From: an uncultured Candidatus Saccharibacteria bacterium
GTDB taxonomy: Bacteria > Patescibacteriota > Saccharimonadia > Saccharimonadales > CAZMXN01
Assembly (NCBI GenBank): GCA_964570275.1
Contig: CAZMXN010000003.1
Location: 33,165-97,164 of the forward strand
Reading direction: 5' to 3'
Length of the DNA stretch: 64,000 nt
Part shown: piece after piece, positions 18,403 to 30,086 of the stretch
Layout of the letters: every line of letters starts with the position of its first letter
Position numbering within the stretch: the first letter of the stretch is position 1
The notes under the pieces: model-generated
What the model was told of the DNA's origin: nothing
The model's database searches: none
The model's input: the letters and a program-made list of their open reading frames with translations, nothing else
Made by a program: the position numbers and the translations under genes

Positions 18403-19272
18403 ATGCGGTTTGTTGACAGCCACTGCCATATCCATGAAGTCGCGGCCGGTCAGAAAGGCGACGGCTCGGTGGCAGCGGTCTGGCAGCAGGCCGGCCTAAC
18501 CGATGCCGAAGTCCTGATCAAGCGGGCCGGTGAGGCAGGGGTGGACCGGCTGATTTGCGTCGGCACTTCCCTGCCGGACAGCCGGTTGGCGGTCGAGTTC
18601 GCCAAAAGTCGGCCGGAGGTCTGGGCCAGTATCGGCATTCATCCGCATGCCGCCAAAGACTATGTCCCCTTCCCTGACAAATTGCAAAAATTTTGCAATT
18701 TGCTGGAGGAGCGTCAAACCGGCCGGATTGTGGCTGTCGGCGAATGCGGTCTGGACTATTACTACGGTCACTCCCCGCCGTCCGATCAGCAAAAATTATT
18801 GCGGCTTCAAATCGACCTGGCGCTGGAGCATAACCTGCCGCTTATCTTTCATGTCCGGGGAGAGCCGCCCGGTCAGGCCGCTGAGCCGGACAGGGCTTTT
18901 ACCGACTTCTTCAAGCTGCTTGACGAGTACGCGGCGGCCGGCCAGCCGGTGCGCGGGGTGGTCCATAGCTTTACGGCCGGCCGCAAAACTCTGGACGGCG
19001 TGCTGGAGCGGGGACTGTTTGTCGGCCTTAACGGCATCATGACGTTCAGCAAAAATCCGGAACAGCTGGCGGCCGCTCGGGCGGTGCCGACGGAGCGGCT
19101 GCTGCTGGAAACCGACGCCCCGTTCTTGACTCCTAACCCCTTTCGTGGTAAAGTGTGTGAGCCTAAACACTTACGTGTAACGGCGGAGTTTTTGAGCGGT
19201 TTAAGACAGGAGCCGCTGGAGGCGTTAGCGGAGGCCACAACCCTAAGCGCCGAACAACTATTCGCCTTATGA
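18403..19272 (+). CDS. tatD: TatD family nuclease
   Basis: DSHCH, GIHPH, GECGLDY, HSFT, LETDAPFL; metG-tatD synteny. Confidence 0.95.
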   Translation: MRFVDSHCHIHEVAAGQKGDGSVAAVWQQAGLTDAEVLIKRAGEAGVDRLICVGTSLPDSRLAVEFAKSRPEVWASIGIHPHAAKDYVPFPDKLQKFCNLLEERQTGRIVAVGECGLDYYYGHSPPSDQQKLLRLQIDLALEHNLPLIFHVRGEPPGQAAEPDRAFTDFFKLLDEYAAAGQPVRGVVHSFTAGRKTLDGVLERGLFVGLNGIMTFSKNPEQLAAARAVPTERLLLETDAPFLTPNPFRGKVCEPKHLRVTAEFLSGLRQEPLEALAEATTLSAEQLFAL

Positions 19273-19286
19273 TCGGTTAATAAACT

Positions 19287-19652
19287 ATGAGCAACTCTTA
19301 TTTCACCACGCCTGAGCAGGAAACCGCGCCGCGTATCTCGCCGGAGATTTATAATTTGTACGCCGAACGGCTCAATACGGTTAGGCGGGCCGCCGAACTG
19401 GCCGGAGCTACGCCTGAAATAAAGGAGGCACGACGTTTGCAGGCCGAACGGCAGGCCGGCGAAAGCGCTTACCAGCAACTGTCGACAGAGGCTGACGCTA
19501 CACCGGTACCGAATCCAGACGAGGCCGTCACTACTACGATTGACTCCGTGGATGACGCTGTCCAGGCTCTGGCGGACGAGGCTCGAAGCCAAAGCCGGCA
19601 GATTGCTGACGCTCAGGAACGCGTCCGTCAGTCGCTGGAGGGAGTGCTGTAA
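19287..19652 (+). CDS. Hypothetical protein (helical)
   Basis: 121-aa ORF, coupled to the next gene (TAATG). Confidence 0.65.
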   Translation: MSNSYFTTPEQETAPRISPEIYNLYAERLNTVRRAAELAGATPEIKEARRLQAERQAGESAYQQLSTEADATPVPNPDEAVTTTIDSVDDAVQALADEARSQSRQIADAQERVRQSLEGVL

Positions 19653-20032
19653 TGCTGCGGCGCTTTCTGAACGGACTTATCAGGCGCCGGGTTGATGAGC
19701 GGCTGGGCGCGCGCCGGGCGGAGCTGTACCGCAATCTTATTCGCAAAGAAGCCAGGATTGGCGGTGAATTGTTCGGACCGGTTGCCCCGGGCGGCCGCCG
19801 CGAATTCTTTTGCCTGGATGAGCACACCTGGATCTGGCACGAGGAATGGCTGGATCAGCGCGGCCAGCGCCAGATCAAAACCACCCGCTATGATGTCCGG
19901 CCGGGCGGTATTCTCAAAGCGCAGGACGGCCAGCACTATCAGCGGATCACGCCGGACGAAGCCATGCACCTTGGCCAGGCCATCGATCTTTACGTTCAGC
20001 GGATTCGCAGCGAGCTGTATTACTTCGTGTAG
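19652..20032 (+). CDS. Hypothetical protein
   Basis: 126-aa ORF with SD-like GGAG; EARIGGELFGP...RREFFCLDEHTWIWHEEW looks like a folded domain. Confidence 0.75.
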   Translation: MLRRFLNGLIRRRVDERLGARRAELYRNLIRKEARIGGELFGPVAPGGRREFFCLDEHTWIWHEEWLDQRGQRQIKTTRYDVRPGGILKAQDGQHYQRITPDEAMHLGQAIDLYVQRIRSELYYFV

Positions 20033-20033
20033 A

Positions 20034-20082
20034 TATCAAGTATCAAGTATTTAGTATCCGGTATGAAGTATTAAGTATGTGG
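20034..20082 (+). repeat. Heptamer tandem repeat (tatNNRg x7)
   Basis: tatcaag tatcaag tatttag tatccgg tatgaag tattaag tatgtgg. Confidence 0.75.
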
Positions 20083-20129
20083 CTGCAGCCTGTATCCGGG
20101 GGCTGATTAGCCTATACTACCTACTGACT

Positions 20130-21266
20130 ATGAAAGAGATTTATTTAGATTACGCCGCGGCGACGCCAGTGGACCCGGCCGTGCTAAAGGCCATGCGGCC
20201 GTTTTTTGATGACCGGTTTTATAATCCGTCGGCCCTGTACCGGCCGGCGGTTCAGGCAGCCCGGGCGCTGCAAGACGCCCGGGAGCGGGTGGCCCGGTGT
20301 CTGGGTTGTCGGCCGGCCGAGGTCGTCTTTACGGCCGGCGGGACCGAAGCCAACAACCTGGCGATACGCGGCCTGCTGGAACAATTCACGGACAGTCACG
20401 CCGTGGCTACGGTTATCGAGCACGACGCCGTACTGGCGCCGCTGGAGCGGTTTGATCATACGCTGGCACCGGTCAACGACCAGGGGTTAGTTGAGCCGGC
20501 GGCCATCGCAGCGGCCATAACCGACAGGACGGTGCTGATCAGCGTAATGCAGGCCAATAACGAAGTGGGTACCGTTCAGCCGCTTAGGGATATCGCTGCG
20601 CTGATTGAGCAGGTGCGGACGGAGCGGCGGGCTTCGGGCAATGACCGGCCGCTGTATCTGCACACCGACGCCTGTCAGGCAGCGGCCTATCTGGACATCA
20701 ACGTCAGCCGGCTGGGCGTTGACCTCATGACGCTTAATGCCGGCAAGATTTACGGACCCAAACAAAGCGGCGTGCTGTTTGTCAAAGGCGGCATACGGCT
20801 GACCCCGCAGATTCTCGGCGGCGGGCAGGAACGCGGGCTGCGCAGCGGTACCGAAAACCTGGCCGGCAGCGTCGGTTTCGCCACGGCGCTGGAGCTGGTC
20901 CAGGCACGGCGCAAGGAAGAGTCCCGCCGGCTCCTGGAGCTCAGAAACCTGTTTACTGAGCTTATTAAGCGGGAGGTCCCGGACGCGGTTATAAACGGTT
21001 CGCTCAAGCACCGCCTGCCGAATAACGTGCATCTGACCCTGCCCGGCCATGACAACGAGCGGCTGATGTTCGCGCTCGACGAGCAGGGTATTCGCTGCGG
21101 TCTCGGCTCGGCCTGCAGCGCCGCCAATCAGAAAGCGTCGCATGTTTTAGCGGCTCTGGGTCTGAGCGAGGAGACGGCCCGCAGCTCGCTGCGCTTTAGT
21201 CTGGGGCGGGATACTACCGAAGCAGACATCCGTACTACGGTGGCGGCTCTGAAACAGCTCATTTAA
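20130..21266 (+). CDS. iscS: Cysteine desulfurase IscS/NifS
   Basis: IYLDYAAATP, GGTEANN, NNEVGT, HTDACQ, KIYGPK, RSGTEN, GSACS; start reassigned to the ATG at 20130. Confidence 0.95.
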   Translation: MKEIYLDYAAATPVDPAVLKAMRPFFDDRFYNPSALYRPAVQAARALQDARERVARCLGCRPAEVVFTAGGTEANNLAIRGLLEQFTDSHAVATVIEHDAVLAPLERFDHTLAPVNDQGLVEPAAIAAAITDRTVLISVMQANNEVGTVQPLRDIAALIEQVRTERRASGNDRPLYLHTDACQAAAYLDINVSRLGVDLMTLNAGKIYGPKQSGVLFVKGGIRLTPQILGGGQERGLRSGTENLAGSVGFATALELVQARRKEESRRLLELRNLFTELIKREVPDAVINGSLKHRLPNNVHLTLPGHDNERLMFALDEQGIRCGLGSACSAANQKASHVLAALGLSEETARSSLRFSLGRDTTEADIRTTVAALKQLI

Positions 21267-21281
21267 AACCGCGTCCGGTGA

Positions 21282-21311
21282 TTGCCCTCTTTAAACCAAA
21301 AGCGCTATACT
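21282..21311 (+). promoter_or_regulatory. Probable promoter of the F1-like ATPase operon
   Basis: TTGCCC (21282-21287), 18-nt spacer, TATACT (21306-21311). Confidence 0.55.
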
Positions 21312-21341
21312 TGGTAGCAGCAAACAGGCACTGACGCGGTC

Positions 21342-22187
21342 ATGATCCGGAACAAAATCAAACATCACCTGACACCAATGAAAATATGGGCCATAGCCGG
21401 ACTGATAATTCTGGTGGTTATCAGCCGGGCCGGTCTGGTTTTCTCGCAGCCGGTGGCCCAGGGGTACACCTATGACGCCGGTCTGCAGCGGGGCATGATC
21501 GTGTCGCTGGATCCGGACGATACTTCCAGGCTGCTTGCCGCCACCTCAGCCAATCTGGAGCATCTGCACGGCGTGGTGATAGACGCCAACGATTCGCCGG
21601 TGAAATTGACCGCTGAAGGCCGGCAGACTTTCGTAACCATTGCCGGACGCCACGAAGTGCTGGTCAGTGATCAGAACGGCCAGATCAACCCCGGTGACGG
21701 TATTTCCGTATCCAGTCTGGCCGGAATCGGCATGAAAGCCGATCGCAGCCAGGCCATAATTATCGGGAAGGCCGTCAATGGCAGTGAGGGCGGCGGCGAG
21801 CCGTTGGGCCGGACGGAAGTCGATACGCCGGAAGGCCGGCGGACGGTTGCTTTGAGCCGGGTACTGGTTGAGGTGGGCGTGGCCGCCAATCCGAACGGCC
21901 GGCCGGTTCAAAACGACATCACCGACTTTTTCAGTCAGGTCAGCGAAGCCATTGCCCAGAAACCGGTCAGTCCCTGGCGCACTTACGTGGCACTGTTGAT
22001 ACTGATTGGCACGACCGGCATCTCCGGAAGCATACTTTACGCCGGGGTGCGCAGCGCCATAATTTCCATCGGCCGCAACCCCTTGTCCAAAAAATCCATC
22101 GTCCGCAGCCTGGTGCAAGTGGTGCTGACCGGCTTTATCATTTTCATAAGCGGCTTCGGTGCGGTATATTTATTACTAAGATTATGA
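21342..22187 (+). CDS. Membrane protein: signal segment, extracellular beta domain, C-terminal ATP synthase subunit-c-like hairpin lacking the carboxylate
   Basis: Two C-terminal TM helices joined by SIGRNPLS (c-subunit R[QN]P loop); first gene of the atp-like operon, directly before the b-like gene. Confidence 0.65.
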   Translation: MIRNKIKHHLTPMKIWAIAGLIILVVISRAGLVFSQPVAQGYTYDAGLQRGMIVSLDPDDTSRLLAATSANLEHLHGVVIDANDSPVKLTAEGRQTFVTIAGRHEVLVSDQNGQINPGDGISVSSLAGIGMKADRSQAIIIGKAVNGSEGGGEPLGRTEVDTPEGRRTVALSRVLVEVGVAANPNGRPVQNDITDFFSQVSEAIAQKPVSPWRTYVALLILIGTTGISGSILYAGVRSAIISIGRNPLSKKSIVRSLVQVVLTGFIIFISGFGAVYLLLRL

Positions 22188-22241
22188 TGATTCGACTGCA
22201 AAGAGGGTTTTAAGAATGAATTCCAGGGTGGGCAACAACTG

Positions 22242-22868
22242 ATGACGGACGGCTGGATACTGATAATTGTTATCGGCGGCCTGCTGGCCGGATTGGCGGC
22301 ATTCATCTGGGTGGCGCTTCGGCTTGGCAAGGGCGGCCGCGGCAGCATCGCCTCGTCGCATGATGATCTGCTGAGTAAGGCGTCGGTCGATGTCGAAAGC
22401 GTGTTTAATAACGAGTTCCGGGAAGAGCTGCGTAACCGCGGCCGGCTGCATTTTGAGAAGATTATCGGCGAAAACGCCATGTTCCTGCAGCAGGACCTGC
22501 GCCTGACGACCTCGCAGCTTAATGACTATATGAAGCAGGAGATCGCCAAGACCCTGCAGGAGGAATTTACCAAATACGAGGAATCGATCGCCGATGCCAA
22601 GCAGATTGCCGTCAGCTCCATCGAGAAGACCCAGGCCGTAATCGAGCAGCACCGGCAGATGCTCAGCGAACAGCTGGAGGAACAGATCACCGCCCAGAAA
22701 GCTCAGGTCATGGAGCATTTTGTCCAGAACATGGCGGAGATCATCAATCACTACATCCTTGATGCCATCGGGACGCAAATTGATCTGACCGATCAGCTGG
22801 AATACATCCTGGCCGAGCTGGAAAAGAATAAGGAAGCTATACTGGAAGACGTCAAGAATGGAGCGTAA
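22242..22868 (+). CDS. ATP synthase subunit-b-like protein
   Basis: Single N-terminal TM plus long charged coiled coil; located before the delta-like gene. Confidence 0.6.
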   Translation: MTDGWILIIVIGGLLAGLAAFIWVALRLGKGGRGSIASSHDDLLSKASVDVESVFNNEFREELRNRGRLHFEKIIGENAMFLQQDLRLTTSQLNDYMKQEIAKTLQEEFTKYEESIADAKQIAVSSIEKTQAVIEQHRQMLSEQLEEQITAQKAQVMEHFVQNMAEIINHYILDAIGTQIDLTDQLEYILAELEKNKEAILEDVKNGA

Positions 22869-23370
22869 AAAGACCGAGACCAAACAAAAGGACTTCGTGT
22901 TGCCGGTAAGCGTAGTCGGCAGTGCCGAGCTGTCGGGTCTGCTCAGGGAAATGAGTGACCTGGAGGATTTTTTAGTTGAGGCGGCGGTGCGCAAGGCCGG
23001 CTCCAGCGTGGTGCTGCCTAAGACCGGGCGGCTGGCCGAAGTCAGCAAGGAAAACGGCATAAATCTGCTGGACAAAGACCAGCGCCTGGAGCTGACCGCC
23101 AAACTGGAGGAGATGCAGACCAAGGCACCGGTGATACATATAAGTTTTGCGTCGGATCCGCCGCTCAACTTCACCTACAAGCTGGTGCAGTGGTTCCGTA
23201 CCAGGATCCATCCCTACGCTCTGGTGCAGGTGGGCCTGCAGCCGACCATTGCCGCCGGCTGTGTGCTCAGAACGCCGAATAAGTATTTTGATATGAGTTT
23301 GCGGCAGCATTTGAAGTCGGCTTATCCGTCGCTGCTTAAATGGCTTGAGGTTCCCGGTGAGACGAAATAG
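22858..23370 (+). CDS. atpH: F1 delta/OSCP-like subunit (divergent)
   Basis: C-terminal QPTIAAGCVLRTPNKYFDMSLRQHL matches the OSCP/delta signature. Confidence 0.75.
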   Translation: MERKKTETKQKDFVLPVSVVGSAELSGLLREMSDLEDFLVEAAVRKAGSSVVLPKTGRLAEVSKENGINLLDKDQRLELTAKLEEMQTKAPVIHISFASDPPLNFTYKLVQWFRTRIHPYALVQVGLQPTIAAGCVLRTPNKYFDMSLRQHLKSAYPSLLKWLEVPGETK

Positions 23371-23427
23371 CTGGCATGTTTTTGGCTGTGACTATGGCCC
23401 GTCGCCTGGCAGCGGGGAGGTGGTCTG

Positions 23428-24866
23428 ATGCCGGCCAAAATCCGCTCCGACAGCCAGCATTTCAAGAAGCTCGTCGAGTCCGGCCGGCCGATCGGCGAAG
23501 TGGTTGCGGTTGACCGCTACCTGGTGCGGGTCCGCGGCCTGCAGCCGGTGTCGGTCCGCGGCCTGGTGATGTTCGAGGACGGCTCCAAGGGCTTCGTTCA
23601 GTATATTGACGAGAATTTCGTATCGATCCTGCATCTGGGCGCGCAGTATTTGTCGGTCGGCATGATCGCTGTCGTGCAGCATGAGGAGCTGGTCTGCAAG
23701 GTTGGCAAGGATTTTATCGGCCGGGTCGTTTCGGTGACCGGCGAGCCGCTGGACGGCAAGGGACCGATTGCCGCCGATGCCGTCTGGCCGGTGTTCCACG
23801 ACGCCCCCAAGCTGTTTGAAAGAGAGCAGCTCAATGATCAGCTGGAGACCGGTGTAACTTCTATCGACGCCCTGTTCCCGATTGTCCGCGGCCAGCGTAT
23901 TGCCATCTTAGGCGACAGCAAGTCCGGCAAAAGCACCCTGGCGACGCAGTTGACCATCAACCAGAAGAACTCCGATCTGGTAGCGGTTTACGTGCTGATC
24001 GCCAAGCGGCGCAGCGACGTTGACACCCTGCTGACCCGCCTGGAGCAAAACGACGCCCTGAAAAACGCCATCGTCGTCGTGTCGACGATGTTCGACTCGC
24101 TGATTATGAGCTATCTGGCGCCGTATGTAGGCTGCGCTCTGGCCGAGTATTTCTGGCAGGCGCTGGACCGGGACGCGGTGATAATTTACGACGATCTGAC
24201 CAGCCACGCCCAGGTTTACCGGGAGGTCTCGCTGCTGGCCGGGGTCAGTCCGGGCCGCGATTCCTATCCGGGTGATATGTTCTACGCGCACTCCAGTCTG
24301 CTGGAGCGGGCCGGCCGGCTGAACCGCAATCACAAGACGCTGACCAGTCTGCCGCTGGTTCTGGCTCACGGCGGCGACATCACGGCGTATCTGCCGACAA
24401 ACATCATGTCCATTACCGACGGGCAGTGGATTCTCGATATGGAAACCTTCCGCAGCGGTTTGCGCCCGGCGCTCAACGTCGGTCTTAGCGTCACTCGTGT
24501 CGGCGGCCGTGGTCACAACGAGCGCCAGCACAAGTTCTCGTCGCTGACGCTGCAGGCTCTGGCGGCTTACCGGCAGGCTCAGGAGTTCTCGCACTTCGGA
24601 TCGGAAATGGCCTTGGCGACCGGCAAGGATTTGCAGCTGGGCCAACGCATCATTGAAATGATGACTCAGGGGCCGGGCGAGTACTTCTCGCTGGTCGCGC
24701 AGCAGATGATGATGGATATCGTGCTCAGTCAGGCCGAGGGCGAGATTGTCGATGTGAAGATGCTCAAAAAGAGCGCCAATGAATACGCCGCCAAAGTCAA
24801 AAACGACGCCGATTACGAAAAAGTCCGCGATGAACTTAAACGCAGTTCGCTGCTGGAGCTGAAGAA

Positions 24867-24870
<4 letters not shown>
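23428..24870 (+). CDS. atpA: F1-like ATPase alpha subunit (divergent)
   Basis: [60 protein letters not shown]. Confidence 0.92.
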
Positions 24871-27024
<2,154 letters not shown>

Positions 27025-27025
<1 letters not shown>

Positions 27026-27324
27026 TGGCTGATCCCAAAGCGTCCGCGCCGGCCGAAGGAGTTCGAACCAAAGACGGCAAACCGGTGATGCACGTTAAGG
27101 TCTACTCGCCGTTTCAAACTTATTTTGATGACGACGCCTACAGCATTACCGGCGCCAACCAGACCGGGCCGTTTGACGTGCTGCCGATGCACCACAACTT
27201 CATGACCCTGCTTATCCCTTGCGATCTGTTAATCCAGGCCCCGGACGGTGAAAAACAAATCAAAATCACCCGCGGCATTATGCACGTCAAGACCGACAAA
27301 GTGGTTGTCTTTCTGGACGTTTAA
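27025..27324 (+). CDS. atpC: F1 epsilon-like subunit, N-terminal beta-sandwich only
   Basis: VKVYSP, GPFDVLPMH, ITRGIMHV; ends without the C-terminal helices. Confidence 0.8.
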
Positions 27325-27325
27325 G

Positions 27326-28378
27326 CTAGTCGATGGCTACAAAATCGAAACTGAATGAGGCGCCGGCCGGCGGCGCGCTGGTGCTGCAGACACTGAAGCT
27401 GCTGGTGTTGCGGTTGATGTAGTAGTTGAGCCCGGCGGCGGCTGAACCGACCGGCGTAATGACGACGTGCGGTGTGCCGGCAAAAGCGTTGGCGAAGCGG
27501 ACGGTGATGAAGCAGCCGGCGCCCGGATTGCTGCCGGTGTTGATGGTGACGGTGCCGGCCGTGTCGGTGCCGCTAACCGAGCTGGTGCCGCCCGAACCCA
27601 GCGCGGAACCGTCCGTTTTGGTCGGCGTCGAACCGCCGGCATCGATATGGCGGTTGATCTGCAGATCGCGGTTGATCTGCAGGGTGTCTATGGTGATTTG
27701 CGGCGCCGAGATGGGGCCGGAGAATGTGCCGCCGCCGGTGACAGTAAGACCGTTTTGCACGGCCAGCGTACCCTCGACCGAGGCATTGCTGGCTACCTGC
27801 AAACTGTTGGCCTGCACCTGATCGAAACTGCTGGTGCCCGAAACGGTGATGCCCGGCAGGGTCATGGTGCCGCCGACCCGGATCGAACCGGCGACGTCCA
27901 GACTGTCCTGGATTAAAACTTTACCGGCGAAAATGGCGTTTGACTCAATGCTGAGGGTGAATTTCGGATCACCGATCACGGCGTCGCTGCCGCGCAGCTC
28001 TTCCAGAGTCTCCTCGGTAAGTTCCTGGGTGATGATTTGAGCTTCCTCCTGCTGGCGGTTGCGCTGGTAGGCGACGATGCTGGCCACGACGGCCAGCAGG
28101 ACCAGGAGACCGAAAATCAGCAGATAGATGTTGAGGTTGCGGAGCAGACCGTGGGCCCGCAGGCTGAACTTGTTAGGCTTTTTTGGTGCCTCGGCCGGCG
28201 GCTGATTGGGATTGTCGGCCGGCGGTGCGGCGACGGCGCCGTCTTCATTGGCGGCTTCGGGCGCCGGGCCGGCGCTGTCGGCCGAATTACTGCCGCTATC
28301 CACCACGGTGCCGGAAGCTTCCAGCGAGTTATCGCCTTCCAGCTGCGGTGCTGCCTGTTTCTCGGGATCATTATCCAT
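27326..28378 (-). CDS. Membrane-anchored fibre/spike-like protein
   Basis: Disordered N-terminus, one TM, short beta repeats (LDVAGSIRVGG, LQVASNASVEGTLAVQNGLTVTGG), C-terminal AGTVTINTG...FANAFAGTPHVVITP head domain. Confidence 0.7.
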   Translation of the reverse strand: MDNDPEKQAAPQLEGDNSLEASGTVVDSGSNSADSAGPAPEAANEDGAVAAPPADNPNQPPAEAPKKPNKFSLRAHGLLRNLNIYLLIFGLLVLLAVVASIVAYQRNRQQEEAQIITQELTEETLEELRGSDAVIGDPKFTLSIESNAIFAGKVLIQDSLDVAGSIRVGGTMTLPGITVSGTSSFDQVQANSLQVASNASVEGTLAVQNGLTVTGGGTFSGPISAPQITIDTLQINRDLQINRHIDAGGSTPTKTDGSALGSGGTSSVSGTDTAGTVTINTGSNPGAGCFITVRFANAFAGTPHVVITPVGSAAAGLNYYINRNTSSFSVCSTSAPPAGASFSFDFVAID

Positions 28379-28478
28379 CTTTTTATCTAAAAAGCCCGTT
28401 TCTCGGTAATGCTTACTTCTTTAGGCCTATGTTACCATAAAGCTAAAGCCATCAGCTAACTTGTAAGAAGCAACCAAA

Positions 28479-29150
28479 ATGCGCAAGTACCACTATCAGA
28501 CCAGCCTCCCCAAGCAATGGCGGCGCTGGCGCCGGGTGCATCGGACTTTTTTAATCCTGCTCGGTCTGCTGCTGCTGACGGCCGGGATTTTGTGGTGGTT
28601 TTACGGACATTATCTGCAGGATATTTCGCCTTTGAGTCAGCAAGGTGACCGGGAGCAGACGGTTTACCTGGGGCCGGAGCTTAAAACGGTCGAAGCCGAT
28701 GAGTTTATTTTTAAATCCGTCCACGATTGGGAGCTGGAAGCCGATGAATCGGCGCCGCCGGAAAGGTACGTTTACCGCAGCAGGCGCGACGGACTGGTAA
28801 TCAAGGAACTGACGGTTTACCGCGGCCGCGTGCCGGCCGATTTGGCGGTGACCATGCTGGTGCCGGCTACCACCGACGGCACCAAAATCTCGCCCGGCAA
28901 AGCCTCGCCCCGTTGTCCGGTTTCCGATGAGATCGTGCCAAAGCCGATCCGGCAGACTTACCGGGGGGTGGATTACTGGTGTGATACGGCACCGAGCGGC
29001 CGCGGCATCGGGGTCGCTCAGACCGGCCAGGGCTATGGTTTTCAGTTGTCCGGAGGGACGTTCGGGTTTCTGTATAAAGACTTAAGCGGCATTAACCTGC
29101 CTGATCCGATGGCCTTTTACGAGATTCTTAAAAATTTCGAGGCCAAATAG
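28479..29150 (+). CDS. Hypothetical single-pass membrane protein
   Basis: Basic N-terminus, one TM, extracellular domain with two Cys. Confidence 0.75.
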   Translation: MRKYHYQTSLPKQWRRWRRVHRTFLILLGLLLLTAGILWWFYGHYLQDISPLSQQGDREQTVYLGPELKTVEADEFIFKSVHDWELEADESAPPERYVYRSRRDGLVIKELTVYRGRVPADLAVTMLVPATTDGTKISPGKASPRCPVSDEIVPKPIRQTYRGVDYWCDTAPSGRGIGVAQTGQGYGFQLSGGTFGFLYKDLSGINLPDPMAFYEILKNFEAK

Positions 29151-29219
29151 CTTTTCCGGCTGTTTACGCCGCTTGCTGCGGCTCGGACAGGAGGGGTATA
29201 CTGCAGCATAAGAATAATT

Positions 29220-29957
29220 ATGTTGAGCAGAATAAAGACACTGATGCTGGTGGGATTGGTAAGCGGGCTGGTGCTGGCGGCCGGCGGTTCGCTGGTGCTG
29301 GCCCAATCGTCATCCAATAATTACCGGGTTGAGGAGACTTTCTTCGGCACCGGCGGCGAACGCGAAGCCTGTTCGGGCAGTTTTTGCGCCACCCAGTCGG
29401 CCGGCGAACTGACGGTCGGCAATACGGCCGGCGGTGATTTTCAGGCTCAAGCCGGCTTCAATACCACCGATCAGCCGATGCTGGAATTTATCGTGACCGG
29501 CGGCTCGCTCAATCTCGGCACGCTGAGTACCGGCTCAACGGCCACGGGCACCATGACGTTCAGCGTTCGCAATTACTTAAGTAACGGCTATGTCGTAACG
29601 ACAGTCGGCCAACCGCCGACCAACGGACCGGCCCAGATCGACCCCCTGACGTCGCCGACAGCTTCATCGGCCGGCAGTGAGCAGTTCGGCATGAACCTGA
29701 CGGCCAATACCCAGCCGACGACTTTCGGCGCCAACCCGACCCACGCGCCGGACAGCAGCTTCAGTTTCGGCGCGGCGCTGCCCGGCTATAACTCTCCCAA
29801 TCTGTATAAATACGTCGTGGGCGAGTCGGTGGCGGCATCGGATCGCAGCAGCGGCCAGACGATTTTCACGGTGTCCTATATCGTTAACGTCAGTCCGATT
29901 ACCGAAGGCGGAATTTACGAAACCGACCAGGTTTTCGTAGTCACCGGTACCTACTAA
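29220..29957 (+). CDS. Secreted WxL/pilin-like surface protein
   Basis: Signal peptide ending VLA-Q; LNLGTL, NGYVVT, EQFGMNL, C-terminal GIYETDQVFVVTGTY. Confidence 0.7.
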   Translation: MLSRIKTLMLVGLVSGLVLAAGGSLVLAQSSSNNYRVEETFFGTGGEREACSGSFCATQSAGELTVGNTAGGDFQAQAGFNTTDQPMLEFIVTGGSLNLGTLSTGSTATGTMTFSVRNYLSNGYVVTTVGQPPTNGPAQIDPLTSPTASSAGSEQFGMNLTANTQPTTFGANPTHAPDSSFSFGAALPGYNSPNLYKYVVGESVAASDRSSGQTIFTVSYIVNVSPITEGGIYETDQVFVVTGTY

Positions 29958-30086
29958 TGACGGGCTTTGAGGCCGGGCCTGTGGATAAGTCCGGTAATTT
30001 TTAGTTGCAAATTATAGCGTTAGTGTTAATAATGGAGGTTATTCTAAGTAAATAAAACCAAAATCAAACGACCTAAGGAAAACTTA

